DNA of 64,000 nucleotides from an uncultured Chloroflexia bacterium (GTDB lineage Bacteria; Chloroflexota; Dehalococcoidia; DSTF01; JACRBR01): NCBI GenBank assembly GCA_963843685.1, contig CAWJLO010000010.1, positions 390,933 to 454,932 of the forward strand, read 5' to 3'. Shown piece by piece: positions 28,543 to 39,652 of this stretch (position 1 is its first letter; each line of letters starts with the position of its first letter). The notes under the pieces were generated by a model. It saw only the letters and a program-made list of their open reading frames with translations, ran no database searches and was not told where the DNA came from. The position numbers and the translations under genes were made by a program.

Positions 28543-31500
28543 CTACGGCTGCAGCACGATGGTGTACGCGTTGCCGACATCGGCATCGTTGCTCGCAGTC
28601 GCGGTATACGATCCGGTCGCTCCAGCGGCGGCCTTGTTAGCGTAGTTCCCTTCGATTGACTCGCCGCCAGCGTTAGGCGGGGAGCCGCTCGCGTCGTCAA
28701 ACGCCTCTGTCATGCCGCCGGGCGGCGTCCACGTCGCGGCGCTGCTGAACGCGAAGAACGTGATGACCATTGTGTTTGAGGTCGTCGTCGTCACGCTCGA
28801 CGTTGAGTGCGACGTGCTGTTGCCCGTGTTCTGGCCTCCCTTCACGTTCACAGGCGTGGTGGTATTCACATTCGAGAAGGTCATGATGCCGCCGGCGGCG
28901 CCCGCCGACGTCGAGAACGACCATGTGTAGCTCGAGGGCTCGCTGCCGCCGGCGACCTTGTAGTAAACGGCGAGCGAGTTCTGGTTGCTATTCGAGTTGT
29001 CGACTCGGCCGGCAAGCGTCCAGCCGGACGGCGCCGTGATCGTCGCCGTCTCCGGCCGGACCGCGATTGCCGCCACCATTACGTCGTTGGCCACCGTGCC
29101 CGCCGGCTTGCCAATCACAAGAGATCCGGAGTCGGCGTTCGCGGAGCTGCTCGACCGGAAAGCGATCGGGCTCGATGCAGGCTTGATCGAGACGCCGACG
29201 GTCGCCCAGCCGGTGGAGCCGGGCACGCCGGTCCACGACATGGTCGTGCTGGCTGAGCCAGACTCGGTGCTCGATGCGCCGCGGACGTGCGTCGTGCTGC
29301 CGCTGGACGATTGGCTCCAGCGCTGCGTCTGACCGCCGCCCTGGGTCACGCTGCTGGTGTCGTTTACTGCCAGCACGTCTTGCACGACCTGGTTCGATCC
29401 GCTGGATACGTTGACCGACGGCTGGTTTCCGCCGCCACTCGAGGTCGAACCGGAAGCGGTCGCCGGGGTGCCGAGCGGCGCCGACTGGCTGACGCCGGTC
29501 CACGAGGTAGCACCGCAGATAGCCCGCTCATTGGCCGAGAGCGTGACCACGACGTTCGCCGTGCCCGTCGTCGGCGCGACCAGGTACCACTGCTCCGAGC
29601 GGATGTTGCCGGAAGAGGTCGCCGCTCCGACCTTCGTGAGAGCCGTGCCACCGTACGTCGCAGATGACACGGTTGTCGCGCCGCTCACCTGTGTGAAGGA
29701 GATGCCAACGAGCAGCAGCCGGTTCGAGCCGGAGCCAACGGTGTGCGACCAGGTGAACGAGCTGGAATATGTTGGCGAGCAGTTCGTCACGGCGTCCGCC
29801 AGCACCGGTGCCGACAGCGTCGGTGTGGGCGTCGGGGTGAAGGTTGCCGTTGGCGTAGGTGTGAACGTCGGCGTTCGCGTAGGCGTCGGAGTGACTGTCG
29901 GCGTGTTCGTCGCGGTCGGCGTCGCCGTCGGCGTCAATGCGCCGGCGCACAGCTGGGTGTTCGGGATGATCTGCTTCGCCTGGCTGGCGCTGGACCACGA
30001 CAGCTGTGCGACCGCGCCGCCGCCGTTCTCGTAGTACTCCATCGTGACGTCGTATCTCACGCCTGCAGTCAGCGCGATTGTGCCGCTGTTCTCGGTGGAT
30101 GGGTGGTCCGTCCAGTTGTCCACGAGCTGAACGTTGTTCACCCACAAGCCGCACGCCGTCATCCGACTGCGTATAGAACGTGTATGTCTGCGAGTAGAGC
30201 GGGATCACTTGCCCCGTCCAGCGCACCGAGAACGTGTCTGTGCCGATGCTAGGATCCGGCGATCCCGTGCCCCAGTCGAAGTTCACCGTCGCATCGACGC
30301 GCGCCAGCTTGAAGGACGTGAAGTCCATATTGTCGTAATAGGCCCCGTTCAGTCCGTAGCTCACACACACAGGGGGGATTGTGGGCGTCGGTGAGGGCGT
30401 GTTCGTCTTTGTGGCCGTCGGGCTTGGTGTGTAGGTCGGCGTCGGCGTGGGCGTCAGAGCCCCGGCGCAGAGCTGCGACGACGGGATGATCTGCTTCGCC
30501 TGGCTGGCGCTGGACCACGACAGTTTGGCGACCGCCTGCCCGCCATTCTCGTAGTACTCCATCGTGACGTCGTACTTCACGCCGGCCGTTAGTGCGATCG
30601 TGCCACTGTTCTCGGTCGAGCCGTGATCGGTCCAGTTGTCGACGACCTGAACGTTGTTGACCCAGAGGCGCACGCCGTCATCCGACTGCGTGTAGAACGT
30701 GTAGGTCTGCGAGTACAACGGGATCACCTGCCCCGTCCAGCGCACCGAGAACGTGTCGGCGCCAATGCTGGGGTCCGGCGACCCGCCGGCCCAGTCGAAG
30801 TTCACGGTTGAGTCGACGCGATTGAGCACGAAGGCCGTAAAGTCGCTGTTGTCGTAGTACGCGCCGTTCAGTCCGTTGCTCACGCCTACCCCACACGGCG
30901 CAGGCGTCGCCGTGGCGGTGGGCGTGTTCGTGGACGTGTTTGTCGGAGTCGCGGTGTTAGTCGGCGTGTTCGTCGGCGTGTTCGTCTTCGTCGGCGTCGG
31001 CGTGTTGGTTCGCGTCGGTGTCGGAGTGTTGGTGAACGTGGGCGTAGAAGTGAACGTGTAGGTCGGCGTGATCGTCGGTGTGTTCGAAGCGGTCACCGTC
31101 GGGTACGCCGTTGGCGGAGCCGACGTCACGCGCATCGTGGCGGACTCGGTCGACGACTGCGTTCCGGAGGCGTTCGTCACCGTGAGCGTGTAGGTGACCG
31201 TGTCCGCCGACAACGATGCGGCAAAGCCATTCGCAACGAGATCCGTGGCAACGACGCGAGTGGAAGGCGTTCCGGCCACAGTCAGTGTCCGCTGGAGATC
31301 GGCGCCTACTTGCACGTAATGCGCGCTATACGCCACGCCGGTGCTGTAGTCGAGCCATTGCATCGTCACGTCGCCGTCGGCAACGGAGGCCAGCGACGTC
31401 ACGCCGCTCTGCGTGTCCTGGTTGAGCCAGAAGAGTGCGTTCCGCAGCTGCTCCGTCGCCCGCTGCTGGTCGCGTCCGGTCGTCGTGTTGCGGATGCTCG

Positions 31501-31600
31501 CGACCAGCGCCATGCCGGTGGTCGTCAGCACGCCGGCCGTGATGCCGATGGCGAGCACCAGCTCGACGAGACCGAAGCCACCTTCACCGCGGCGCCTCAC
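28543..31600 (-). CDS. Giant pilin-like protein with prepilin (class III) leader, two PA14 domains, Pro/Thr-rich linkers and a Ser/Thr/Gly-rich C-terminal region; apparent +1 frameshift near 30145-30150
   Basis: N-terminal VRRRGEGG|FGLVELVLAIGITAGV fits the G/F(+1)...E(+5) prepilin cleavage motif. Two copies of GLNGAYYDN...FSVRWTGQV...YTFYTQSDDGVRLWVNNVQ.VDNWTDH..STENSGTIALTAGV.YDVTMEYYENGG.A.LSWSS are PA14. Many PTPT linkers. The N-terminal part is in the frame of track ORF 29528..31600 and the C-terminal part in that of 28543..30162. GTGA coupling to the upstream minor pilin. Confidence 0.7.
29960..30900. repeat. Tandem ~520-bp direct repeat (two PA14-domain coding units, ~85% identical)
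   Basis: Example: 30001-30060 matches 30521-30580 (cagctgtgcgaccgcgcc.../cagtttggcgaccgcctgcc...). The frameshift lies at the repeat junction. Confidence 0.6.
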
Positions 31601-31965
31601 CGGTCCACCTTGTAGTCCTGGAGCGTGAAGATGGTCGCGCCGTCCTTCGTGACAGTGACCGAGATAAGCTCGATTCCAGGCCCGGCGCCCGCGATCGAGT
31701 TGGCCGTCGCTGAGACGCCGTAGCCGGAGGGCGCGGGCACCGAAGCGTAGGTGTAGGGCGGCGCGTGATAGGTTGCTGCCTTCGTCGACTCAACCTGCGA
31801 GCGAGCCAACTCGTGGGCCGTCGACAGGCGGTCGGACTGCGAGGTCGACAGGAGGCCGGCGGACATGCCCGACAGGAACATGACCAGCGCGGTACCGGCG
31901 ATCGCCACAGCGACGAGCGCTTCGACCAGCGCGACCCCGCGCTCGGAGCGCAGGCGCTCGTTCAC
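31597..31965 (-). CDS. Minor pilin / pseudopilin (PilV/GspI-like) with prepilin leader
   Basis: VNERLRSERG|VALVEALVAVAIAGTALVMFL has Glu at +5. 122 aa. GTGA overlap with the pilC stop. Confidence 0.7.
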   Translation of the reverse strand: MNERLRSERGVALVEALVAVAIAGTALVMFLSGMSAGLLSTSQSDRLSTAHELARSQVESTKAATYHAPPYTYASVPAPSGYGVSATANSIAGAGPGIELISVTVTKDGATIFTLQDYKVDR

Positions 31966-33203
31966 GGCGTGGGCGGCGGCGTCCCGCCGGTCGCGTCGTT
32001 GATGTGGCCGACGAGCTGATACATGGGCATGATGAGCGACAGCGCAATGAAGCCGACGATGACGCCGATGACGAGCGTCAGAGCAGGCGTCATCATGCCG
32101 GCCAGCGCATCCACCTTCTGGTCGACTTCGCGCGTGTAGTACTCAGCCGTGATCTCCAGGTTGGCGTCGAGCGTACCGGTCTCCTCACCGACGGCGACCA
32201 TCTGGACGAGCAGCTGCGGAAAACAGCCGGCGCTTGTCATCGGGCCGGAGAGGCCGTCGCCGTCCATCAGACGCTGGCGGACGCCTTCGACGGAGCGCTG
32301 GAGGATGCCGTTGTCAGTGGTGCGTACAACGAGGTTCATGATCTCGGTGACGGGCAGGCCGGCGCGCAGCAGCACCGAGAGCGTGCGGCTGAACCGCGCG
32401 GCGTTCGCGTTGATCGTGATCTCCCGGATGACGGGCACCGTGAGCGCAATCCGATCGAGGATGCGCTTCCCGATCGGGCGGCTGAAGACAAATGTGCCCG
32501 CAATCGCGAACAGGCCGGCGCCCACGAAGATCTGCATGCGGTGCGCCCGGCTGAAGCCGGTGACGCCGATGAGGATGCGCGTCGGAAGCGGGAGTTGGCT
32601 GTCGAACTCCTTGAACATCTCCGTCAGCGCCGGCAGCGCCGTCGTCATCAGCAGCGCCACGACGCCGCAGGCGAGGAGAATGACAAACGCGGGATAGGCC
32701 ATCGCCGACTTGACGCGCTTCGCAACCTGGTCCTCGCGCTCCATGTACGTCGCGAGCTGGCGCAGCATGTCCTCGATGTGCCCTGTCCGCTCGCCCAGCT
32801 CGACCATGCGGCCGTAGAGGGGCGGGAAGATGGCCGGGTACTCCGCGATGGCAGCGGCGAACGTTGAGCCGCCGCGGATCGACTTGGAGATGCCGCGAAT
32901 CGCCTTCCGGAGGGGCTTGGAGGCCGCCTGCTCCTCCAGGAGCTCCAGCGAGCGCATCACGGGCACGCCGGACTCGATGAGCGTGGCGAGCTGGCGCGAG
33001 AACATGATGAGCGTCCGCTTCTTGACGGCGAAGAGGCTGGGCAGCACTGATTCGATCGCGGGCAGACGCCGCGCGCGCCGGAGGCTCACGACCCGGAAAT
33101 CAGCGTCCCAGAGGGCGCGCTCCGCCTGCGACTCCGAAGTTACGTCGATGGCGCCGCGGACCTGCTCTCCGGTGGGCGCGATTGCCACGTAGCGATAGGA
33201 CAC
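31962..33203 (-). CDS. pilC: Type IV pilus assembly platform protein PilC (GspF family)
   Basis: 413 aa with two GspF domains and three TM segments. GTG start preceded by TAGGAGGG. Confidence 0.85.
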   Translation of the reverse strand: MSYRYVAIAPTGEQVRGAIDVTSESQAERALWDADFRVVSLRRARRLPAIESVLPSLFAVKKRTLIMFSRQLATLIESGVPVMRSLELLEEQAASKPLRKAIRGISKSIRGGSTFAAAIAEYPAIFPPLYGRMVELGERTGHIEDMLRQLATYMEREDQVAKRVKSAMAYPAFVILLACGVVALLMTTALPALTEMFKEFDSQLPLPTRILIGVTGFSRAHRMQIFVGAGLFAIAGTFVFSRPIGKRILDRIALTVPVIREITINANAARFSRTLSVLLRAGLPVTEIMNLVVRTTDNGILQRSVEGVRQRLMDGDGLSGPMTSAGCFPQLLVQMVAVGEETGTLDANLEITAEYYTREVDQKVDALAGMMTPALTLVIGVIVGFIALSLIMPMYQLVGHINDATGGTPPPTP

Positions 33204-33213
33204 GCGCGCCCTC

Positions 33214-34914
33214 CTAGCCGATCGAATACACGCTGCGGACGATCTCCGCCGGCGTGACGATGCCCTGCTTCGCCTTGATCATCCCGTCGCGCCGCATCGA
33301 AACCATGCCGTCAGCGACGGCGCGCTCACGGACGGTGGACGACGGCGCCCCCGTGAGGATCAGGTGCCGCATATCTTCGTTGAGCGTCAGGATCTCGAAG
33401 ACGCCGATCCGGCCGAGGAAGCCGGTGTCCGCGCAGAACGTGCAGCCGACGCCACGCTTCATCTCGGTGAGGGGCGCGCCGATCTCGGCTTCGTATGCAG
33501 CTTGCTCCTCCACGGACGGTTCGCCATCGACGGCGCAGTACGTGCATACGCGGCGGACCATCCGCTGAGCGACGACGCCCAGCAGAGACGACGCCACGAG
33601 GAACGGTTCGACGCCGAAGTCGATCAGCCGGGTCAGCGCGCCGACGGCGTCGTTGGCGTGGATCGAGGTGAGGACGAGGTGCCCCGTAAGCGCCGCCTGG
33701 CTGGCGATGCGAGCCGTGTCGCCGTCCCGGATCTCGCCCACGAGGATGACGTCCGGGTCGAGCCGCATCAGCGAGCGGAGGCCGGTGGCGAAGGTGATAT
33801 CCGCCTTCTGGTTGACCTGAATCTGGTTGATGCCGGCGAACTGGTACTCGACCGGGTCCTCGATCGTGATGATCTTGCGCGTCGTGGCGTCGAGCTGGTT
33901 CAGCGAGGCATAGAGCGTCGTCGTCTTCCCGGAGCCCGTAGGGCCGGCGACAAGCACCATGCCAAACGGCACGCGCAGGAGGCGCACGTGGCGGTCGAGC
34001 GCAACGGGCGAGAAGCCGAGATCGCGCAGTGACATCAGCGACATGCTCTTGTCGAGCAGGCGCAGCACCATCATCTCGCCGTGCGTCGAGTCCGACGTGG
34101 CGGCGCGCAGGTCGACGTGGCGGCCCTCGATATCGGCGCTAATCTGGCCGTCCTGCGGGCGCCGGCGTTCGGCGATGTTCATGCCGGCCATGACCTTGAA
34201 GCGCGAGACCAGCGGCGCGTGGATGTCCTTGGGCAGGCGCATGACTTCGTGCAGCACGCCGTCGATGCGCAAGCGGATGCGCAATCCGTCCTCCTCAGGC
34301 TCCAGGTGGATGTCCGAGGCGCGGTCACGTACGGCCTGGGCGAGCAACAGCTCGGCTGTGCGCACGATCGGCGCCTGCGAGAGCTGCAGGTCGAGGTCCT
34401 GCTGGTCCTGCTGCACGAGGACGGCGGTGTCGGCAGGCATGGCTCGACCGACTTCGCGCTCGATCTCGGAGGAGACGCGATAGCGCTGGTTGATGGCGCG
34501 CCGGATCTCGTCCGGGATGCCGACGGCGGGCCGCACGTCCAGGCCAGTCATGGAACGCAGCTCTTCGGTGACCTGCATGTTGCCGGGGTCGGCCATGACG
34601 ACGAGTACCGACCGTCCGTCGGTCTCGATGGGGATGAGGACGTGTTCGCGGCAGAACTCCGCGGGGATGAGCCGCAAGGCTTCGGGCTGGATCTCCGCGC
34701 GGAGGAGGTCGAGGAAGCGGATGCCGAACTGCAGGCTGAGCGTCATCGCCAGGGCGTCGGCGGTGACAAGGCCGCGCTCGACGACATAGTCGCCAAGCTT
34801 GCGCCCCGCCGCGGCCGCTTCCTGGGCCGCCTGCTCGGCGTCTTGCTCAGAGAGCAAGCCAGCCTCGGTCAGCATCTGACCGAGGCGCTTGCGCAAAGCT
34901 ACTGTCGTATCCAT
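33214..34914 (-). CDS. pilB: Type IV pilus assembly (extension) ATPase PilB (GspE family)
   Basis: N-terminal T2SSE_N domain, Walker A (VLVAGPTGSGKTTTLYASL) and a tetracysteine motif (CTYCA...CTFCADTG). 566 aa. Confidence 0.9.
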   Translation of the reverse strand: MDTTVALRKRLGQMLTEAGLLSEQDAEQAAQEAAAAGRKLGDYVVERGLVTADALAMTLSLQFGIRFLDLLRAEIQPEALRLIPAEFCREHVLIPIETDGRSVLVVMADPGNMQVTEELRSMTGLDVRPAVGIPDEIRRAINQRYRVSSEIEREVGRAMPADTAVLVQQDQQDLDLQLSQAPIVRTAELLLAQAVRDRASDIHLEPEEDGLRIRLRIDGVLHEVMRLPKDIHAPLVSRFKVMAGMNIAERRRPQDGQISADIEGRHVDLRAATSDSTHGEMMVLRLLDKSMSLMSLRDLGFSPVALDRHVRLLRVPFGMVLVAGPTGSGKTTTLYASLNQLDATTRKIITIEDPVEYQFAGINQIQVNQKADITFATGLRSLMRLDPDVILVGEIRDGDTARIASQAALTGHLVLTSIHANDAVGALTRLIDFGVEPFLVASSLLGVVAQRMVRRVCTYCAVDGEPSVEEQAAYEAEIGAPLTEMKRGVGCTFCADTGFLGRIGVFEILTLNEDMRHLILTGAPSSTVRERAVADGMVSMRRDGMIKAKQGIVTPAEIVRSVYSIG

Positions 34915-34968
34915 ACCGGTATCCCTTGCCGTAGCCGCGCGATTCCGTCGCGGGGCGCCCCCGCACGA

Positions 34969-35313
34969 CTACGGGAAGCTGGCCTGGGTCACCTGACCGG
35001 TCGTGTCGACCGTGTACGTGCCGTGCGTCGCCGTGCTCCGCATGTACTGCGGGTTCAGGTCGAAGCCGCTGGACGTCATGTCGCTGGTCGCGACGGTGAT
35101 CGCCGCGGTCGTCGTCGCGTTCGTGTTGGCCAGCTTGGCGTCGACGGCCGTCTGCACGATGTTCAGCTCGGCGGCGCCCGAGTTCGTCTTCGCCGAGTCG
35201 AGCAGACCCGTGAAGTTCGGCAGCACGACGGCCACGAGCACTCCGAGAATCGCCACGACTATCAGCAGTTCTGTGAGAGTGAAGCCAGCTTCACTATTCA
35301 ATCGCTTCAGCAT
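34969..35313 (-). CDS. pilA: Type IV major pilin PilA (prepilin)
   Basis: MLKRLNSEAG|FTLTELLIVVAILGVLVAVVLP is a classic prepilin leader and alpha1 helix. GGAGG lies 8 nt upstream of the ATG at 35313. Confidence 0.8.
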   Translation of the reverse strand: MLKRLNSEAGFTLTELLIVVAILGVLVAVVLPNFTGLLDSAKTNSGAAELNIVQTAVDAKLANTNATTTAAITVATSDMTSSGFDLNPQYMRSTATHGTYTVDTTGQVTQASFP

Positions 35314-35485
35314 GGAAACTGACCTCCAGATCTCCGGCAAGCCTGACCGCCCGCCGGCGTCCCAACCTTCTAATCTCGTTATCGGTGAGGCTGGGCGGGA
35401 ATTAAGGGGGACTTCGAGAGAAACATCACGAGCTTGAAGCTGAGCGAGGCAATTTGACCCTTAGGGGAGGGCCGGCGAGCACGAA

Positions 35486-35515
35486 GGGGGGACGGGCCGT
35501 CCTGCCCGTCCCCCC
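35486..35515. terminator. Perfect 12-bp GC hairpin (GGGGGGACGGGC-6nt-GCCCGTCCCCCC), likely a terminator between the ABC operon and the pilA promoter region
   Basis: Located 22 nt past the stop of the FtsX permease gene. Confidence 0.4.
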
Positions 35516-35536
35516 TTCGACTCCCCGCCTGAAGAC

Positions 35537-38500
35537 CTATTCGTAGCGGAGGGCGTCAGCCACGGGAACGCGGGCGGCGCCGCGGCTGGGGAGCCACGTC
35601 ATCAGCAGCGAGAATGCGAACGCCACGCTGCTGAACGCGGCGACCTCCAGCCATGGGACCGTGAACTGGGCACCCAGGTCGGCGAACTGGCCCGACGTCA
35701 TCAGGTTCCGCGACAGGATGACGCCGCCGACCACGCCGGAGATGATGCCCATCAGCGCGATGAAGCTGGACTCCAGCACGAAGGTCAGGGCGACGGTGCT
35801 GCTCTGGTAGCCGATGGCCCGTAGCATGCCGATCTGCTGCCGCCGCTCCACCACGGAGCGGAAGGCCACCACTCCCAGCGACGCGATGCCTACGAACAGG
35901 CCCAGCGCCATGAACGCCTGGAACATGCGCATGAAGGCGTTCTGCTCGGCGACGCTGTCGTTGATCAGCGTGCGGATTGAGTCGGCCTTCACACCCCTCT
36001 CGGCCAGAGCGGACTGGATCTGCTTCGCCGCTGTGTTCGCGTTCACGCCCTGGTCCAGCCGGAGGTACGTGCGCTCGAACCGGGGGGCCTCGAACACGGT
36101 CGTGTAGTCGGCAGAGTTCACATACACGCCGGCGATGGTGTGCTGCGAGAGCTTCATCGACATGATCCCGATGACGGTGACGGTCGACGTCACGCCCGTC
36201 GCCGGGTTGCGCAGCTGCACCTCGAACGGCTCGAACCGGTGGTCCGTAACGTTCGTGACGGGGTGCCAGTCGAAGTCTTCCGTCTGGTCCGCCCCATCGA
36301 GCAGCGCGTAGCCGCTCTCGTCGCGGACCGCGCTGAACACGTCGGCGTCGCTGGCGTAGCCGTCCGCGCGGGCGGAGAGCGCTGACGCCGGGTTCGAGAA
36401 GAACGCCGGGTCGCCGGCGATCACCGGATAGCTGGTGAAGTCCGTGTCGTGTCCGGGCTGCATCACCAACTGGTCGCCGCTGTAGACACTGACCCGGCCC
36501 GACCCCGCGATCTGGTCGACAACCGGCGAACCGGCGTCGCGCAGCGCGACCGGCAGGTCATCGACAGGGCTCGTGCGGTTGGCCGTCGCCATGACGTTCC
36601 AGCCGCCGTCCCCCGTCTTCCCAACCAGCGACGAGATGTAGTTCGCGTTGATCGCGCTGAACACCGTCAGCGAGAACACGATGAGCGAGAACATGGCGAT
36701 CGTCATGCCGGTGCGGAAGCGGCTCGCCAGCGGGTAGGCAACCGCCATCTTCAGCGCCGGTGCGAAGCGCGGGAACCGGGCCGCAGCGAAGCCGACTACG
36801 GCGACGCCCCCGCACAGGCCGGCGCCCAGGTACACGAGTTGCCCCATCCCGTCGCCCTTGTTGCCGACCGCCACCGCCACGCCGACACACGCAATGGCCG
36901 CCGCCGACGCCAGCACCGCCACCCGATACGGAGCGTGCTGCCGGTGCTGGAAGAACGTCGTCAGGAGGCGGGCGTTGAACACGATGATGAGCGTCAGCGC
37001 GATCACCACCATGATGCCCGACAGCAGGAACATCTCGATGTCACCCTGCAGCTTCGTCCCGAGCAGGTGCTCGCCGATCGGCCACGGCGACAGCCAGTAG
37101 GCCGCCAGCCACGCCCCAACCAGCGTCCACGTCGCCCGAGCCGGCGCCCGGTAGTGCGTCGCGATCGCCGCCAGGCACAGCGGCACCAGCGAGAACCCGA
37201 GCCCGCACAGGAACTCCGACCCGGTGCCGCCGTTGCGCGCGCCGAACACGCTCAGCACCGCCACACCCAGGCCCACCGGCGCCAGGATCCACGTCCACGC
37301 AACGCCGAGGCCCTTCCGGAACAAGAACCAGATGCCGAGCGGGGGCACGATCATCGACGGAATGCCGAGGGCCACCCACTTCCAGCTCACGCGCGCCTTC
37401 TTCCGGCGCGTACCTTCGTCGTCCGTACCCCGTATCGCGGCGACGATATTGATCGAGCTGACCTTGATCGAGGAGATGACGACGGTGATGAAGGTCACGA
37501 CCACGCCGAGGCAGTAGCTGACGATCAGCGACCGGACCGTCACGTGCGCGTGCACGAAGTCCGCGTCGCTGCCCAACCCCGACTTCAGAATGCCGACGAC
37601 CAGGGCGATCGACGCGCCTACGCCCAGCGCGGCGCCTATCGCGCCGGCCAGCACGCTGTACGCCATGCCTTCGGACAGGAACGACTGCACCAGGTTCGAG
37701 CGCTGGGCGCCGACTGCCCGCGCCATCCCCATCTCCGGCTTTCGCTCCGCTGCAATCATCACGAAGATCATGAAGATGAGCATCACACCCGCGGCGATGG
37801 AGAATAGCCCCAGGACGAGGAAGAAGGTCGTGAAGAGGTTCCCACTCGCCTGGGCGGCCTCCACACCGTCCTTCTTGAACGTCTCGACCCGCACCACGCG
37901 GTCGCCGATGCCCAGGGCTGTTCGCCCCGCGGTGCTATTGATGTACGGCGTCATGCGGGCCGCAGCGTCGTCGGCGACCGAGAGGCTGCCCCGCACACCG
38001 CCCTTGAGCGCGACGCCGATGCCGTTGACCTGGCCAGCGTGGCCCGTGATCTCCTGCACGACGTCGAGGCGCATCGATGCGCCACCGCCCGATCCGTCGG
38101 AGAGTGCGCCGCTTGCGAGCTCGCTCTCGACTATGCCGGCAACCTGCACCTCGTGCGAGTGCCCGGCCGCGAAGACGGTGATCGTGTCGCCGTTCTTGGC
38201 CTGCAGGCTGTCGGCTGCCTTCTTGCTGAGGAGGACGTCGCCTTCTCCGAGCGTGGTGACGTCATATCGGCCGCCGCGCGTCAGCCGCAGGCCGCCGAGC
38301 GCCTCCTGGCGCTGTGGGTCGACGCCGGTCAGAAGCACCGACGGCTCTGCGAGGCCGCTGTTGCGGTCGACCATCGAAACCGGCTCCATCAGCAGCGGCA
38401 GGAAGCCGTCGATGTCGGGGTCGCCGTTGAACTGCTGCTCCAGTACCGGGACAGCGCTGTCGTTGTAGTAGATCTCGTACGGTCCGGTGCCGGAGCCCGG

Positions 38501-38815
38501 GCCGTGCTTGCTCTCCCGCGTCGACGCGTTGAGTACGAGGTCCGTGCGCTGCAATCCGTCATACACAGCACTGCTGATCGAGTAGTCGACCGTGTCGCCC
38601 GTCGTGAACGCGGCAGTCGTGATGAGCGTCGAGAGCATGAGGCCGACGACGATCAGCCCGGTCTGCGTGCCCCGGCGAGGCAGGTTGCGGATGCCCATCT
38701 TGAACATCACGCGGTTCGAGAGGAACACGAAGGCGACGCTGATCACGCTCACGGCGAACACGGCGAGAAGCGCCACCATGATGTAGGTCATCGGTATTCC
38801 GAATAGCTCTTTCAC
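35537..38815 (-). CDS. ABC transporter permease with two FtsX domains and large extracytoplasmic domains (MacB/FtsX family)
   Basis: 1,092 aa with about 10 TM helices in two clusters, each preceded by a large soluble domain. GTGA coupling to the upstream ATPase. Confidence 0.8.
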   Translation of the reverse strand: MKELFGIPMTYIMVALLAVFAVSVISVAFVFLSNRVMFKMGIRNLPRRGTQTGLIVVGLMLSTLITTAAFTTGDTVDYSISSAVYDGLQRTDLVLNASTRESKHGPGSGTGPYEIYYNDSAVPVLEQQFNGDPDIDGFLPLLMEPVSMVDRNSGLAEPSVLLTGVDPQRQEALGGLRLTRGGRYDVTTLGEGDVLLSKKAADSLQAKNGDTITVFAAGHSHEVQVAGIVESELASGALSDGSGGGASMRLDVVQEITGHAGQVNGIGVALKGGVRGSLSVADDAAARMTPYINSTAGRTALGIGDRVVRVETFKKDGVEAAQASGNLFTTFFLVLGLFSIAAGVMLIFMIFVMIAAERKPEMGMARAVGAQRSNLVQSFLSEGMAYSVLAGAIGAALGVGASIALVVGILKSGLGSDADFVHAHVTVRSLIVSYCLGVVVTFITVVISSIKVSSINIVAAIRGTDDEGTRRKKARVSWKWVALGIPSMIVPPLGIWFLFRKGLGVAWTWILAPVGLGVAVLSVFGARNGGTGSEFLCGLGFSLVPLCLAAIATHYRAPARATWTLVGAWLAAYWLSPWPIGEHLLGTKLQGDIEMFLLSGIMVVIALTLIIVFNARLLTTFFQHRQHAPYRVAVLASAAAIACVGVAVAVGNKGDGMGQLVYLGAGLCGGVAVVGFAAARFPRFAPALKMAVAYPLASRFRTGMTIAMFSLIVFSLTVFSAINANYISSLVGKTGDGGWNVMATANRTSPVDDLPVALRDAGSPVVDQIAGSGRVSVYSGDQLVMQPGHDTDFTSYPVIAGDPAFFSNPASALSARADGYASDADVFSAVRDESGYALLDGADQTEDFDWHPVTNVTDHRFEPFEVQLRNPATGVTSTVTVIGIMSMKLSQHTIAGVYVNSADYTTVFEAPRFERTYLRLDQGVNANTAAKQIQSALAERGVKADSIRTLINDSVAEQNAFMRMFQAFMALGLFVGIASLGVVAFRSVVERRQQIGMLRAIGYQSSTVALTFVLESSFIALMGIISGVVGGVILSRNLMTSGQFADLGAQFTVPWLEVAAFSSVAFAFSLLMTWLPSRGAARVPVADALRYE

Positions 38816-39562
38816 GATCCGCGCTCCTCTCCGACGATCTCGCCGTCGCTCATGCGCACCAGGCGGTCGCAGCGCCGCCCGACGCCTGCGTCGTGGGTGA
38901 CGATGACGAAGGTCTGGCCGTGGTCGCGGTTCAGACGCTCCATCAACGTGATGATGTCGTTCGCCGTACCGGAATCCAGCGCGCCGGTGGGCTCGTCCGC
39001 CCAGACGATCGCCGGGTCGTTGACGAGGGCCCGGGCAATGGTCACGCGCTGGCGCTGGCCGCCCGAAAGCTGCGACGGCCGGTTGTTGCCTCTCTCGCGC
39101 AGACCAACGCGGTCGAGCGCCACAAGCGCCCGGTCGCGCGCCTCCGACGTGTTGACTCCGGAGACGACGAGCGGCAGCTCGACGTTCTCCACCGCGGACA
39201 ACACCGGGAGGAGGTTGTAGGTCTGGAAGATGAAGCCCATGTTCAGGGCGCGGTACGTCGTCTTCTGGCGGTCGTTGAGGGTCGCAAGGTCGACGCCGGC
39301 GATCTGCACCGTGCCGGCATCGATCTCGTCGAGGCCGCTCATGCAGTTGAGCAGCGTCGTCTTGCCGGAGCCGGACGGCCCCATGATGGCGACCATCTCA
39401 CCCGGGCTGGACCCGGAGCGAGACGCCACGGAGCGCCTGCACCTCCACGCCGCTGCTGCGGTAGGTCTTCGTCACTGTGGCGAGGTCGATGATCGAGTCG
39501 CCCGCTCTGGCCACCGGGATCGACCCGGTGCGTTCCTTCTGCGCTGCAAACGCTAGTGCCAT
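38812..39562 (-). CDS. ABC transporter ATP-binding protein (MacB/LolD-type), apparent +1 frameshift in a CCCGGG run at ~39401-39406
   Basis: The N-terminal 50 aa ([54 protein letters not shown]) is in one frame. It continues as [17 protein letters not shown]...[15 protein letters not shown]...VIVTHD in the frame of track ORF 38812..39429. GAGGAGG lies 9 nt upstream of the ATG at 39562. Confidence 0.8.
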
Positions 39563-39652
39563 TTCGTACTGCCTCCTCTTGCTGAATTCGTTTCCCGACT
39601 ACGTCTCTGCTGTGATCCGGGGCTGCCCCGCGCCGGAGGGCGCTGCCTTGAT

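Noticed and set aside
28541-28545. Reading the hypothetical 27773-28540 as a continuation (fusion) of the giant pilin
   Set aside because: A TAG stop at 28543-28545 ends the pilin in frame. The next ORF has its own start in a different frame.
35314-35480. sigma54 (-24 GG/-12 GC) promoter upstream of pilA
   Set aside because: The closest match (TGGGACGCCGGCGGGCG) has the wrong GG-GC spacing, so it is not supportable.
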